Assembly (NCBI RefSeq): GCF_036321535.1 | Contig: NC_087437.1 | Span: forward strand, 72,914,001-72,978,000 | Length of the DNA stretch: 64,000 bases | Origin: Camelus dromedarius | Lineage: Eukaryota | Direction of reading: 5' to 3' | Shown here: piece after piece, positions 24,851 through 38,115 of the stretch | Layout of the letters: the number at the start of each line of letters is the position of its first letter | How positions within the stretch are numbered: position 1 is the stretch's first letter | Made by a program: the position numbers and the translations under genes | The notes under the pieces: generated by a model | What the model was told of the DNA's origin: nothing | The model's input: only the letters and a program-made list of their open reading frames with translations | The model's database searches: none

Positions 24851-27464
24851 TTTACCTCACACAGCATCTTCTTCCTCAAGGCCCTGGATTGCCAAGACCC
24901 TGGTCTGAATGGGTTGAGCTGTTCCAGAACTGCCATCAAAAAAAGATCTCCGCACACAGGTGTGTGATGGGCCCTGCAGGAAGGTTCTGGGTGCCTTGAG
25001 GCTGTTGGGCTCCGTTTCTTTGCTCACCCACACCAAGCCCCCTTGCCAACCTTTGCCCTGGCTTACTGGATTTGTGTCAATAACTGTTTGATCTCTTGGC
25101 TCTAGGTGCTCAGATCCTTGACTGGCCCACTGGGACCAGGAGTTTTATTATTGCCTCCCTTTGCTTTTCTTCCAGGAGGCGCCTCACAGCATATACTGGC
25201 AAGTTCCTGGATTGAGATGTCAGATTTTTACTAGGTTTCCAATTCTATCTTTGTGATGTAAGAACCATGTAATATTGGCAAGTCACTTTGTATCTCTGAA
25301 TAAGTTTTCCCATTTGTGAAATGGGTACAGTAACATAAGTTCTGTCATAGTAGTCCTATAATAGCATAAGCTAAAGTATTTTGTACACTGTACCCTGGGT
25401 TTTTTTAGTCTTATAACCTGTTGTGTGTGTGTGCGTGCGCGCACACGCGCGCAAGCATAAGTGTGCTGAGCGAAAATAATTGTTATTTCTGGGGAAAAAA
25501 TAGTATTAAAGTCATAGAATCTCAGAGGACAGCCACTTAATTTGCATTAAAATAGTAACAGATAAATGTCGAACTAAATTCATAGTCTTACTAATTGGTA
25601 ATCACTAAGGAAAAGGATTCCCAAATATATACACACACTGGGAAAACAGGAGAAAAAATAATGAGCAAACAAAGATCTAAATACTTCTGAGGGATGACAA
25701 ATGTTTCCTCAGACAGAGTTTCTACATCCCAAAGGAGACTGGTATCTGGAAAAAAACATTGATGATGTAATGAGAACCTTTCCCAGAGGAAGCACCTTCT
25801 ACTGAGGAAAACATAAGCCTCTGGTTGCAACCAGTGATTTTCAACTGTGTGGCTCTGGTCTGTCTTTCTCATTACCTCAGTTTTCCGCTTATGAATTGAT
25901 GATTCTTCTTCTTTCTCTAAAATACTATATAGGAATACTGAAAAGTGAGGTAAGTTCTGTAAAATTCTATAAGAGGCTAAAAAAAAATAAAATAACTAGA
26001 ATTCAGTCATAGATTTCATGGGTTAATTTATCTTTATCTTCTAAACTGCTGAGATACTGTGGCAATCACTAGTCAAACAGACCCAACCCGGCAGTGTTCT
26101 TAATCTCTGTCTCTGTAAACATCTGTGTTTCATCAGTTTACATCCATCTGCCCAAACACTTACTGGAACAGAGCAGCTAAGGATCATACAGCTTCGAGAT
26201 GGAATGAAACACAGGGGGTTGATGGGAAACATACTAAAGCAGCAGGCTGTGGACAGCATTGCTCATCCAGAATCCTAAGAGTCTACCATCAGTTTCCACA
26301 AGTGCATTTTTCAGCCTGGGACATCCCGGAGATGAGGAATCCCATTCTTTAACATCCTTGCCCCTGATGTTGAACATGCCTCAGTGCCATTGGCACTTTG
26401 GCTTTTATTGGGAATATATTGATAGGACTCCAACAAAATCTTAATTGAGAGCTACAAAATGTTCAAATTGGGGAAAGGCAAATGATGAATAGTTGATTGG
26501 CAGTGGCTCGTGAGATAAAAGAGCTTGTCTTTATCATCTCGGGGATGTCGGAATATGGGGAGGACAGCTTAGCTGAGCAAGGATTTGGACTGAAGTGAAA
26601 ATATTTATTTGGGCATTGGGCTCCCTCCTAGGCTGCTGGCCCTAAGAATTTGGACTGGTTTCCCCATCCTCCTTTCAGCCTAGGTGCTTGGTTGAGGCAC
26701 TTCAAGGGAACACGTTTTTCTCTCTTCCATAGGCTGAGCCATATCCAAACACGTAGGGCTTCACACACAGGATTGAGATCACTTCTGCACCAAACAAGTC
26801 CCGCCCATGGGGTTACTGATGAGTGTGCTCTTAGGTCATAAGTAAAAGTCTTGTTACATGTGGATCTTCACTAACAATTTCCATCTGGCAACACTCACGG
26901 GTCAGAGGTGAAAGGGAGGCAGCCGTTCACTGAAGGCATTGTTTTCATTGGTTTGGAATTAAAGACTCAAGAAATCGCTCCTTGGCTGCCAGAGGGCTCC
27001 TTGGGTGTTTGTGAATCTCTTCCTCTGGCGAAAATGTGAGTGGGAGTTGGTTCCATGGTATGTTGAAGCATTCCAGACATGAACCGACGTATTGTCTCAG
27101 AGGAGCTCTGCACGTAGGCCCAGCTGGACAATGCAAAAGAGAAGCTGGCAAGGCAGAGCAAACTCTAGGAATGTAGGTGGTTTGGGGCGATGAGGGTTTG
27201 CAGGAAGACATTTAAATCCCCGGCAGTTGTATGGACCTTTATTCGGCATAGGTCCCTTAACATTGCTGTGGTGGTGATTCATGTATTTGTGGCTAGAGCA
27301 GAGGGTGCGGGCGGGGGGCTGACTGGCCAGCTGATGGGTGGACAGGCAGCTCTCCAGAGTTCCCCAACTGCCCCTGAATCCTTGTGGCTGATGAGTTCCA
27401 TAGTTTTCATTCATGGGTTAGGGCTTGGTCTAAAAGAAGGAAGGGTCCTGTTTAGGCCATCTTT

Positions 27465-27626
27465 AATTTTTTTTTAACTTTATTTTTTATTTTTTGGGGG
27501 TGGGGGAGGTAATTAGGTACGTATGTATGTATGTCTGTATATGGAGGTACTGGGGATTGAACCCAGGAACTTGTGCATGCTAAGCATGCACTCTACCACT
27601 GAGCTATACCTGCCTCCCCCACCCCC
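27465..27626 (-). mobile_element. vic-1-like SINE (long form)
   Basis: ggaggtactggggattgaacccagg...catgctaagcatgcactctaccactgagctata, with intact A and B boxes on the minus strand and a T-rich tail. Imperfect TSD aggccatcttt / aggtcaccttt. Confidence 0.88.
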
Positions 27627-28379
27627 TGCAAGGTCACCTTTTTAACACCAGAGCTCTCACCAACTGCCTCTTTCATTGTTTTCCTCTGAAGATGCATCAT
27701 AACCTTAGTCTTTGGTTTACAGAAGATAATAACCTGACTTCAGTGAAAAAAACATTTGTTACGAGCTATGTATATGCAGGTAACTCAGCCACTGAATCCA
27801 GGTTGACTCAAAGGGATTTTACATTAAAATCTCTTCATTCTCCTCAACATGTGGCATCATTTCCTGATTCTGCTCCATGCAGAAATTCTGTTGTATTCCT
27901 GCAACTCGGTTCCAGTCAAAATCTAAATGAGATTATCTGCCTAGACACTACGCAAATTACTAACACAACTTCTTTCCCTAAGCCCTTGCTAACAGGGGAA
28001 AATGGGCCCACCTGCAGCTCTCTACTCTTGCTTTTTCCTAATTGTCTTTCAGGCACTCCCCGTCAGGTCAATCATCTCTCCTTCTGATTCTTCTTTTCAA
28101 ATTTACCTTCCTGTCCTCATCCTTTAGCATATCCCACCAGCTCTTCCCAAATCCCACTGCTTCCCCATACAACCCGACTCATAGATCTTTCAGTCTGGAG
28201 CTTAGAAAATCAAGCCTAAGTCATTCCAAAATTACCATGTCTACAGGCAAGTCAGTGGCCGTATTTTTTAAAAATGATATTTTGGAAAACAGCAGCTACA
28301 ACAAAACTTATTTCCCATTGCTGGTGAAACCCATGGGTCTGTGACAATAGCTAAGGATAGAGCTGGTAAGAATGGAATC

Positions 28380-28575
28380 AATGATTTGTTGAGATTTCAC
28401 TAAGTGCCAGGCACAGATTGAGCACTTTATGTAAAATATCTCATTTAATCTCACAACAATTAAATGTAGTCACAATTATTCTCCTCATTTTCAGATAAGG
28501 AAAATACATTTCTTATGCTTCCCCAAACTAGAAAGTCGTAGAGTGATTTAAACCCTGGATTGCAGGAATTTAAAA
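28380..28575 (-). mobile_element. MIR
   Basis: aagtgccaggcac...tctcatttaatctcacaac...cattttcagataaggaaa. Confidence 0.7.
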
Positions 28576-29227
28576 CCAATCAACCAACCAAATCAACCAA
28601 CAAACAAATCAAAACCAAAAATCTCTCTGCTTATAGTGAATATGGCTGTTTCTGATTCTGAGTTATGTCACCAGAAATATTTGATTTGCTAGTTTGGCAG
28701 CAACAATCTACAAGAGGTATACTTAGTGGAATGTAGCAGAATGAAAATGTTTACAGGTACCTTTTCGCTGGCATGAGAGGTTCAGAGCAGGAGATCCCAG
28801 AATTACAAGGAGTTGTGTTCACCCAGAGTTGAACACAGCTCCCCTCTGCTTGTCTTTTGATGCATCAAGTTCTGGGGCAAAGAACACCTTCATAGACCCG
28901 GGAAAATCCCTTGACCTTTTTGTACACGGATCCCCTATCTCAAATCAGAGGTGACTGCTACTCTCAATCTGACCGGAGCAACGAGACAGGGACTTTGAGG
29001 CCAGATGCCTTAGTGAGGTGACCTTCTCAGTTGATACAATGCATGTGAAGGGACACTTCTGCTTCAGTTCTCCAAGGATATCTGTGCCCTTGCAGACCCC
29101 AGTGCCTAGTAAGAGCCCAGTATGGGTTTATCAAATAAATGAATGCCTCGTCCTAGTTTATGCCAAGTCAGGAAAATACTGCAATACAGGCTGGAATAGT
29201 TTACATTTGGTGAGCACTTTTTAGAGC

Positions 29228-29376
29228 AGGTATTAAGTGGGGAGTCTTCAGACACTCTGTGAACCCTGAAATTACATGAAAGATGTTGTATCTACATGTG
29301 GGAATTTCCATGAAGCTCTTTAGCATTTATCACATTTTAAAGAAGGTCCTTGAACCAAATTATTTAAGAATCACTG
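29228..29376. mobile_element. Old hAT-like DNA transposon
   Basis: gtgaaccctgaaatta...ttaagaatcactg terminal motif; family not resolved. Confidence 0.45.
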
Positions 29377-31269
29377 CTTCCTGGTTTACAAAGCAGTTAC
29401 GCTTCATTATTACTATTATTATTTGATCTGTACAGCAGTGCGATGAGAAAAACATAATGATCCTTAATTTACAGAAGAAAAAAATGTGAAATTGAGAAAG
29501 ATGACACTGGTGTTAAATTTAAAAGCCTGGTGTTCTGATTCCAGACTTCTGTTTTTTTCCATTTGCAGTGTTTGTGTGTGCATGCGCACGCGCAGGGGGA
29601 AAAAACAGCAACGATGCAATGTTAAAGTGGATTCCACTTAACTGATTGGAGGTGGGCTTTTTTCCCTCTCAAGATTCAGAGTGGATCCATGCATTCCCGC
29701 CCACCTATCAGCTTTAATTCTCAGGGAGCTGGCTCTGGTCAGCACAACTCTTATGTCTCCATAGATTGCCAAACCCAGCAGAGTAGTTTAAGAACCAGGA
29801 AAGAAGATACATCACCATTTACTTTTGAGCCTTATCTTCTTTATATATAGAACAGACTTTACAATACCACCTACTCTGACCTGAATACATTTCTCTCTCC
29901 TTTAAAAGGCAGCTGAAAGCATAAGTGATTTCTCGATGGCCTTTCCTGGATGCTTTGTTCTGCCTGACATCTGGCACTCATTTCCGCATCGGAAAACCGA
30001 GGGCCTTAGGACCAGATAGCTTTGTGGACAGTTTCTAGCTCTAAAGAGCTCTTTCTATAATCTTATTGTGGAAGAAGTGAGTAAGGTGGGGGAAGGGAAG
30101 TATAAAAGCACAAAACCAGCCGCTTGGTTAGGGTTCCTGGAATTATAACTTCGCATTATCTCCCTGCACCGGTGTTGGGTTCATCCATTTTTTCCTCGGC
30201 GCACCTTGCGCGCCAACATCACGCCTTTCTCCCGCATCTTCAGGAAACCCGTTAGTCACATTAAGGCGCTCCAAACAAAGGTGCTGGAGGAGGGAGCCCA
30301 GGGCGAAGAGGCTTCGCGCCTGCGCTTCCCCTCACTCTCCTTCCGTGAGAACCGAGTTTATAAAAAGCTAACTCTCCTTGGAAGCCATTGCCGGAAATTG
30401 TTTTTTCCTCTTGATAAAGGGTAAATGGGAACTGCGCTGGCTTGTTCCCCTGGGGCACTGGGCGGTGTCGGCCTGATGACCTGTGTAGGCCTCTCAACTC
30501 TCGGAAAACTCTCCGCATCGGTGATTCTACAACTCCCCTGGATTATATCACCTGGGGATTAGTACGTTCTCACTAAGCGAGGATAAATGAAGGCTTGGAA
30601 GACAAAGTTGGACTGATGAAAAGTAAGGGGAAGGGGAGTTGGGTAGAGCCCAAGTCCGAGCAAGTGAGCTTGATTTCCTGTGCTTTGGGATTGGAGCTAC
30701 CCTGGCGCACAACTCCAGGAGGCGCCCATTCTCTTGTATGCTCTGCTAAAGGCACCCCTTGGAGCACAGTTTTAATACGATGTGGTAGGAGTAGTGCCCG
30801 CTGGAATTGCGCAAGGCAGCTGTCCTGCTTGTGTTGCCTCAAGTATCTTCATTTCATAACACAAAAGGTCACATCTGCTGGAGGTCAGGGGAGCACTGTC
30901 ATCATAGTTTCCTTATGAAATCTGGCAAGATCCCATATCAATATGCCTAGTCTGGGACAAAAATGGGGTTGATAAAGAAGGGAGGCTGGTTTGGGGTTAG
31001 GGGTGATGAGTAATTTATAAATCCAGACAGCTAACCAAGTTTACCACCAGAGACAGAAAAATTTACAAAAGACTATTTACCCTGCCTTCTTTGACTACAT
31101 ATATGTGTTGTAAGAATCTTAGATGTTGGAATGATTTTAGTCAGTTGTATTAAGCAGGGTGGTTGTAAGTGGTTTCAGCAGTTAGTGGGTTTCTTTGTTT
31201 ATGCGACCAGTTTACCATATAATAACCACTATTCCCTGGCTGCCGACCATTGGCCAACTGCTTCCCAAA

Positions 31270-31770
31270 CATGACTTCACTGAATCTTCCCAGTGACTCT
31301 ATCAGGTAGATGTTATTATCTTTATTTTATAAACAAAATTGGATTTCAGAGAGGCTTATAACTTGCCCAAGGTCATACAACTTAAGCAGCAAAGTCAGGG
31401 GTCATATCAAGTCTATCTGATTCCAAAGTTGTGCCGTTACCAGAACCCCAAACTGCTTCCTATTTAGGCATTATTTTTTTTTAGCAAATATAGCCATAAC
31501 TGTTCCTTTCCTTGCAGTAGAAGTAGTAACAGTAATCATAGCAACATATGTGGAGCTTATTATGTGCCCAGAACTCTCCTAAACACTTAATAATTTATGA
31601 CATAACTCATCCCTTGTCAAATCTTACAGTGGAGGGTCAAGCCCCACTTATGGATGAAGAAATGACGACACGGAGAGGTTGAGAAACCGGCCCAGAGCTA
31701 CCCGGCTAGCTGGTAAGGGGAGGAGCTGGGAACCAAAGCCAGAAGGTTGGGTCCAGAGCCCGTGCAGTAC
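31270..31770 (-). mobile_element. Two adjacent MIRs (~31270-31440 and ~31530-31770)
   Basis: cagagaggcttataacttgcccaaggtcataca and ggatgaagaaatgacgacacggagaggtt cores. Confidence 0.7.
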
Positions 31771-32639
31771 ACGGAGAGCTGAGCAGGCTGTCAAAGAGGT
31801 AAGTCACTCAGTGACTTATCAGAAAACCTATTGTACTTTCGGCCTGCTCCAGGCTCGCATCAGACAGTGTTTGTGAAGGGTTGGTGCTCTAGGAGAGACG
31901 AATGCGAGTGAGTCAATGAGTGAAACCTCTAAGTCCTTGGTTTCCGTTGCTTGCTTGGCCAGCATACCCAGTTTCAAGCAAGATCATAAATCTAAAGGCA
32001 GCCATGCTCTCCTGTCTTTCCTCGGGGGTGCCTGGGGGAGTGCTGGGTGAGGGGCACAGGAGAAGAAGATGGGCTAGCACAGGGATGTTCCTGCATCAAA
32101 AGAGCGGGCAATTTAACTTTTTCAGAAAAGTGGGCACTGGGAAGTGAGGCTTTTTTTTTGCACATGAAGTCATAGTTTAACTTAAACCAAAAAAAAAAAA
32201 AAATACTTGAGAGTCTGCAGGGATCAGAGCTGGTTATTGTGTTACAGAAATTTTCCATTTCAGACACAAACTACACATAGCAGTACGTGGGCCAGAAAAG
32301 GCAGGCAGAGTCTCCAGGAGGGCCTGAAGAAATAATACACCTCCTCCTTTAATCCTGAGGAGTGTGGCTAGGTTCTCGGGGAGGGCTGTCCAGAAGGTCT
32401 GGACCAGATCACACTTAGACGTCTGCGATTAGAAGGATGCTCATGGCAGCGACATCATGGGGCATGACTTCAGGGAGCTCCTGAAAATGCCCTGGGGCAA
32501 AACAGTTTCTCGGTGATGCAGTTTCCAATGTCTGAAGATGAGACAAACACTTCAAAGCTTGTTGAGAATAGTAAAAATGGTGTGATAATGGTTTAATAAT
32601 GCTACTTACAGTATTGTTAAACAATGCTTATTGCCAGCA

Positions 32640-32860
32640 TTGCTAGCATTTAGTGAGGCCTTGTTCCTGAGCCACTGTGTTAAAGCTCTCTAAACATCTC
32701 ATTTAATCCTTCCAACTCTGTGAGATCACTGGTATTAGTTTTCTGGTTTTATATTTGAGGAAACTGCAGTTTAGAAAAGCTAAGTAACTGACTTGAACAA
32801 GCTTATCACCTGAAGTGGTGAACTCGGGTCTCAAATTTAAGTCTAGTCTGGGAGTGATGA
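32640..32860 (-). mobile_element. MIR
   Basis: tctcatttaatcct...tgaggaaactgcagtttagaaaagctaagtaact. Confidence 0.7.
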
Positions 32861-33133
32861 ACTCATACCTTATCCTGCCTCCCCAAGGACAGGCTGGCCC
32901 TGACCCATCGGCTCTGGTCCTGAGCTGAACCTGGCAGGCAGGATAGAGACATCAGTTCATTGACAGTGTGTTCCTTTGACCTCTCATCCTATTATTATTT
33001 CTTTTTTTCAGCAGTGCCCCTTTCAGGTTAACATGGAAGCACCTGTTTTTCAGAAATGTTAGGCTGGTTTTCCAGGTAAATAAACTAGTCTTGGCCCCTC
33101 AGGTACCAATTCTGAAACAGGTATTACCTAGAG

Positions 33134-33317
33134 CAGGGGTTCTTATAGTTCAGTATCCCCAACCAGCCTCATCAGTATCACCGGAAACACAAGAAATGTG
33201 AACTTTCTGCCCCTGGCCAGATCTGCTGAATCAGAAACTCTGAGGGTGGGGCTCAGTAATCGTGTTTTAACAAACCCACAAGCTGATTTTGATGCGGCTA
33301 AAGTTTGAGAAACACTG
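33134..33317. mobile_element. MER5A (hAT-Charlie)
   Basis: caggggttct...ctgaatcagaaactctgagggtggggc...aagtttgagaaacactg. Confidence 0.82.
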
Positions 33318-34964
33318 GCCCTGGGGTAGACAAAGGAGAGAGTTAAATCAAGAATAGAGGTCTATGATTTTTAACAGCTGCTAGTGACTCATTCTTCCGA
33401 GTCACTCCCTTCTGGATTTCTGTCCTTTTTAGGATGAAGGATTTGCTCGCATCCCATCGTGTGTGATAAATTTCATCAACAACGTCCATTCCTTTCTGAA
33501 TCGATGTGCTTGAGGAGACGCTGAGCTTTATCCACCCCCATGTGTAGGCATAGCCTGTCTGTTTTTGGAACCACTTGCTCATTTTCCATTCCAGATAATT
33601 AGCTTCAAGTTACTGTTATGCAGAAGAGAAAAATAAGGTTTAACAGAACTGTGGTTCTAGGTTGAATTGAACAATTGCATATTTGGGGTTGGAGTCTCCA
33701 AATGTGCTTAGTTTTAAAGGTTCCCAATAGTGTTACCAGCCAAGTGTGCCCTCTCCCCCTCTCTCCTCCTGACCCTGCCTGAGATTCGTAACAGAGGGTG
33801 AAGCAACTAAAGCTGAACATGGGGAAAATCACTGCTTCAGGTTTGTAATGTAAGTTCTGACTCAGACTTTGCCTCCCAGGCTCACCGGTCCCACCAGTTT
33901 TCTCAATGGGAAAACTAAACTGAACGCACATCGCAGAAACAAGAAAATGTGAAAGGTTTTCTCTCTAGTTCCTTCTCCAGAGAGCAGTATAAAATGGGTC
34001 CCCAGTCCAACACAAATCTGCCGTTTAATACCTGTGTAAATATAACTTTTAGTAAAAATGACTCCAAGACTGCTCGTTGGCTACAAAAGCCTTGTTACCT
34101 GAGATACTGCTTTTCCTAATTGAAAAATAGTGGGAAATTTTATTGAGCTTTGCCAGAAAATGGAAATGATGGTTGATGTGACCTGTATTAGCATCTGAGG
34201 TTGAAGGACATTTTCCTTGTCTCAACCAAAATTCACTGACACTTAGGTCTGGTTTGAAGGGTCTCTGGAGCCCATCTTACACCTCCAAATAAAATCAAAT
34301 AAGAATTTTTAAAATGTGAGCATGGTTTCTGTTTCTGGAAACTGTTTTTAAATTTCAAAAGAGCTTCCCTCAGCACTTTCTGTTGTTATCTGGTCTTATT
34401 TTAATTCACTGCAGACATACTGAAGAATTCAGTCATGAGTGTGGGTTAGCAATGTGCAAATGAAGGCAAGATGTGTTATGATTATTAACCCTGACCTAGT
34501 GGAAGTGGAGACTGCCTAGCAATGTCTGTCCTGAGATGCTTTTGCTGACGTGTTGTGGCTACAGCCTAAATCCAACAAGGGAGAGTGACAAAACTGGGAC
34601 TTCCTCTGCCCTTCCCTGGTTGACAGAGACCCCAAGTTCTCTGCCCCCAAAGACCATTGTGTTACAAATTGCATGTTGTGGCTGTATGAGCCAATAATAA
34701 ATATTTCATCTCAATATAAGATTTTGAATACAAATTTTGGAGAGAGATAAATCCAAGTCCAATATGTGTGCCTTAGGACAAGTAACTTAACGTCTTTGAA
34801 AATAAGTTTCCTTAGCTATAAATTAAGGATAAAAATATCCTTGCTATGAAGTATGATTCGGATAACGTCCAATGTTGGCATTTAGTAGCCGTTATTTTTT
34901 TGCCGTCTTAAACTCAGTTGGTTCAAACAGTAAATTTACATGCTAAAACAAATAGTCCCTGCCT

Positions 34965-34966
<2 letters not shown>

Positions 34967-35010
<44 letters not shown>
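34967..35010. repeat. (AC)n microsatellite
   Basis: Uninterrupted run of about 22 units. Confidence 0.97.
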
Positions 35011-35013
<3 letters not shown>

Positions 35014-37358
35014 AGACATATAATAGAGAAACAGATATGTAAAATTACTTTTTTACTCCATCATCTTTGAAAAGCAGTGAGTTTCCTCTTTTCTTTCTTT
35101 CCTTGAAGTTCACAGTGAGCTCTACAGACTTACTCCTGGCTTCCTGAGTGATGCTTACAGGCTAAATATGGCCCCCAGGCCCCACATTGATAAGACCCAA
35201 CAGCAAATTGCAGGTTGCTGTGTCTGTCTCTCTGGCATCGAGTAGATTATAAAACCAAGTACGTGGTTTCATCATGGTTGTTTACTCACCCCTCCTATGG
35301 ATTCGATCTTATGCAAAATGTCATGTCATGGATTATTCAAGCTATACTCAGCAGAAATGCATTTGGAGAATATTGTTAGAAAAGAATTTCATGACAAGTT
35401 GATGTGTCTAATAAACCCTGATTCTGGTATTTAAAATATAGCTTTCAAATTTCAAGAAATAAACTCTTCATGCCATAACACTATTATTTCTATTTTTCTT
35501 GTCAATCAACTTATGAAGGCACTTCACAAATTCAGTACTAAAAAAGTGAGGAGTCTGTAGGGAAAGAGAATGGTAGAATTTTAGAATGTATTAGGATTTG
35601 AGTACAGGCATTTCTTTGGTTAAAAAAAAATGTATATACATGCAAACACATTAAACTTTAGAAATTCCCACTGACCAGAGGAATGCGGCGAGAACCAGGG
35701 CATGAATGAGGGGGGCTGGCGGAGAATGATTAGGTCATCTTCTCCGTCCTGCCACAGGGAGATTATCCCCCATATGGTAGTTTATGTTTCTGTGGTTTGC
35801 TGAGGGCTTGGGCTAGTTTTAAATAATTTTCTTCAAGTTTCTCTAAGCCAGTTTAAAATTATTTTGTGAACTAGTCATTCTATCACATGCTTTAGCAAAA
35901 TCTACCACAATCTAATAAGCATCTGGCTATGTTCTCCGAGCTGCAGCTTTGAGTCTCCTTTTCTTAAATTTCAACTTTCTACCTCACTGCTGCAAAATCT
36001 CTTTACCTCCTTGATGTTTAAATGTTTCCCAGGCACTGAGTGTTTCGACCGAGCCAGTCTTGCTACACAATCCACAAAAGATTAAGATTCATGGTCTGTG
36101 TCTTCAGACTGATGTTTCACAAAGTGGATTGGACATAAGGTGGTAATAGATGGGACATGAAAGTTTGAGGGTTATAGCTTACTTTGTTCTTTGCTTCATT
36201 TTTAATTCAGTTGCAAGGTCTTTCTTGAGGGTCTATTATGTAAAAGACAGTGGCCCACAACTCTTTGGTCCTGGACCTTACACGAGTTTTCTCCCCCGCT
36301 CCACCCCAAGGGCACTACTATTTGTCTTATACACATGCGCGTGCGCGCGCACACACACGCTCACATATACATCTTTGTCTCCATCTGCTTTCTCCTCCTC
36401 CTTCTTCTTTTTACATTTGGCTATTTGTTTAATGTTTTACTTTCTGAGATCACAAGGAAGGCTTAGAACAGTTTTTCCTAAATTTCCCAGTTGAAAATAA
36501 TCACCTTAGGCCTGAAAAACAAGTAAACAAAAAAACAAAGTTTCTTGGGCCCTCTGAGCCAGTTTAAAATTATTTTTTAAATATAAGTTAAAGAGGGCTC
36601 ATACATTCCTTGGCACCTATGATTCAATAGGACTGAGGAAAAGAGCTGGAAATTTATTTTTAGGAGGCTTCTCCTATGATTCTTTTTAACAGGTAAGTCT
36701 GGGAAGCCCTGGGGTAGGAGGTGATCCCCTTGGTCACTTCCAGCTTAGCAGATTGCTCCTCAGACAGTCCCGGTGACTTTTCTCAGGGGTCTCAGTTGAC
36801 AAATTCCATCAACTCTGTCTCTAACCTCTGGCCCTGAAGCATTCTTACCTCCTGAACTTCCCTAACAGCTGTGTGTATAATTCAGCAGGTACTCACGCAC
36901 TAACTTCTTCAATGCCTCAAAACTTTATTTAAATCTTTAATTACATTTTACTGTTCCACACTTTTTCATCTTGCCCTCTGAGACTATGGTAGACTCCTTA
37001 AGAGGAGGGGCCACATTTTATATATTTCTGTTTACTCTTCATTTGTATTCACACAATGCTTTGGGCTCAAATGAATGAGGTTTTGTTTTTACTTTAATTT
37101 TCCCTTTAAATACGAATATCTTGCTGCACTGGTAAAGAGTATGTCTTTTCGTTTCATATATCAAGAGGCATACATACGATTTGGGAACCCTAGTTTTAAT
37201 CTAGCTGCTGCAGCTGTTAGGTACTCATATAACCCCCTAATCCTTTATAAAAACTTAATCGGACAGCTGTCTTGATAATATGCAGTTTCAATAACAGCCT
37301 CTGTTGAGGAAAATAATATCCCATTGTAGTAAGTCTCACAGATTGATGATGTTTCCTT

Positions 37359-37360
<2 letters not shown>

Positions 37361-37390
<30 letters not shown>
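37361..37390. repeat. Poly(A)30 tract
   Basis: Seen directly; other long mononucleotide runs at 6076-6103 and ~6369-6392 (T). Confidence 0.95.
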
Positions 37391-37394
<4 letters not shown>

Positions 37395-38025
37395 AATGGA
37401 CAGGCTTTCCCTAAGCAGAGATTCAAGCTACAAGCTGAAAAGAAAGTCACCTTTAATTTCTACTGTGAGATGGAAGTGTATTCTTTGGATTTAGCAACTA
37501 TCGGTATCTTTGTTATATTAATGGTTTAATTACACTGCTTCACCCTCGTGGAACAGCTCTGTTAAGTACTTTCAACAAGGACTCTATTGTTAAAGCAAAA
37601 CAGCTCTTTCATTTGAGCCATTAACATTGCAGAGGGAGAAATGAAAAATACCCCGGCAGCATATTTTTCAGTTCAGCTGCAACTTTTTCAGCCTAATCAC
37701 CAAGAAGCCTCTCCAAGGCAGTGCCTGTTTATATAGCAGTTTGATCTGGATCCTTGTAAAATTAACATAGGTTGACAAATTAAATTGAACACCACCACCC
37801 TCCAGGATGTTGTGAATGTAAAGGAGAGACTAAAACAAATATTGGGAATGTTATTGTAATAGAGCAGGGTGAGGTCAGACCCACTGAAACATACAAATCT
37901 TGCTTATGAATATAATTTAGTACAAAGAATATCAACCAACAGTTGGTATTAATTGTTTTTAACAAATATGTACCTACATCATCTTTCATACATCACCAAA
38001 CCAGATGTGTTTGCTTCCCCACAGA

Positions 38026-38115
38026 TTTTTTTTTTAAAGGAGGTTCTGGGGATTGAACCTACGACCTCGTGCGTGCTAAGCATGAACTCTACCACTGAGC
38101 TGTACCCACTCCCCC
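38026..38115 (-). mobile_element. vic-1-like SINE (short form)
   Basis: Same tRNA-Ala-like head and T tail. Flanks cacagattttt / cacaaaattttt. Confidence 0.85.

Noticed and set aside
27540..27612. tRNA-Ala(AGC) gene
   Set aside because: It has a SINE tail and TSD-like flanks, with four similar diverged copies in the window, so it is a SINE head rather than a tRNA gene.
31800..31818. Palindrome taagtcact-c-agtgactta
   Set aside because: 9-bp arms are expected by chance in 64 kb, and I cannot match it to a specific motif.
33410..33600. Plus-strand splice-acceptor-like site (tctgtcctttttag|G) suggesting an antisense exon
   Set aside because: No convincing partner donor or neighbouring exons; such motifs are common by chance.
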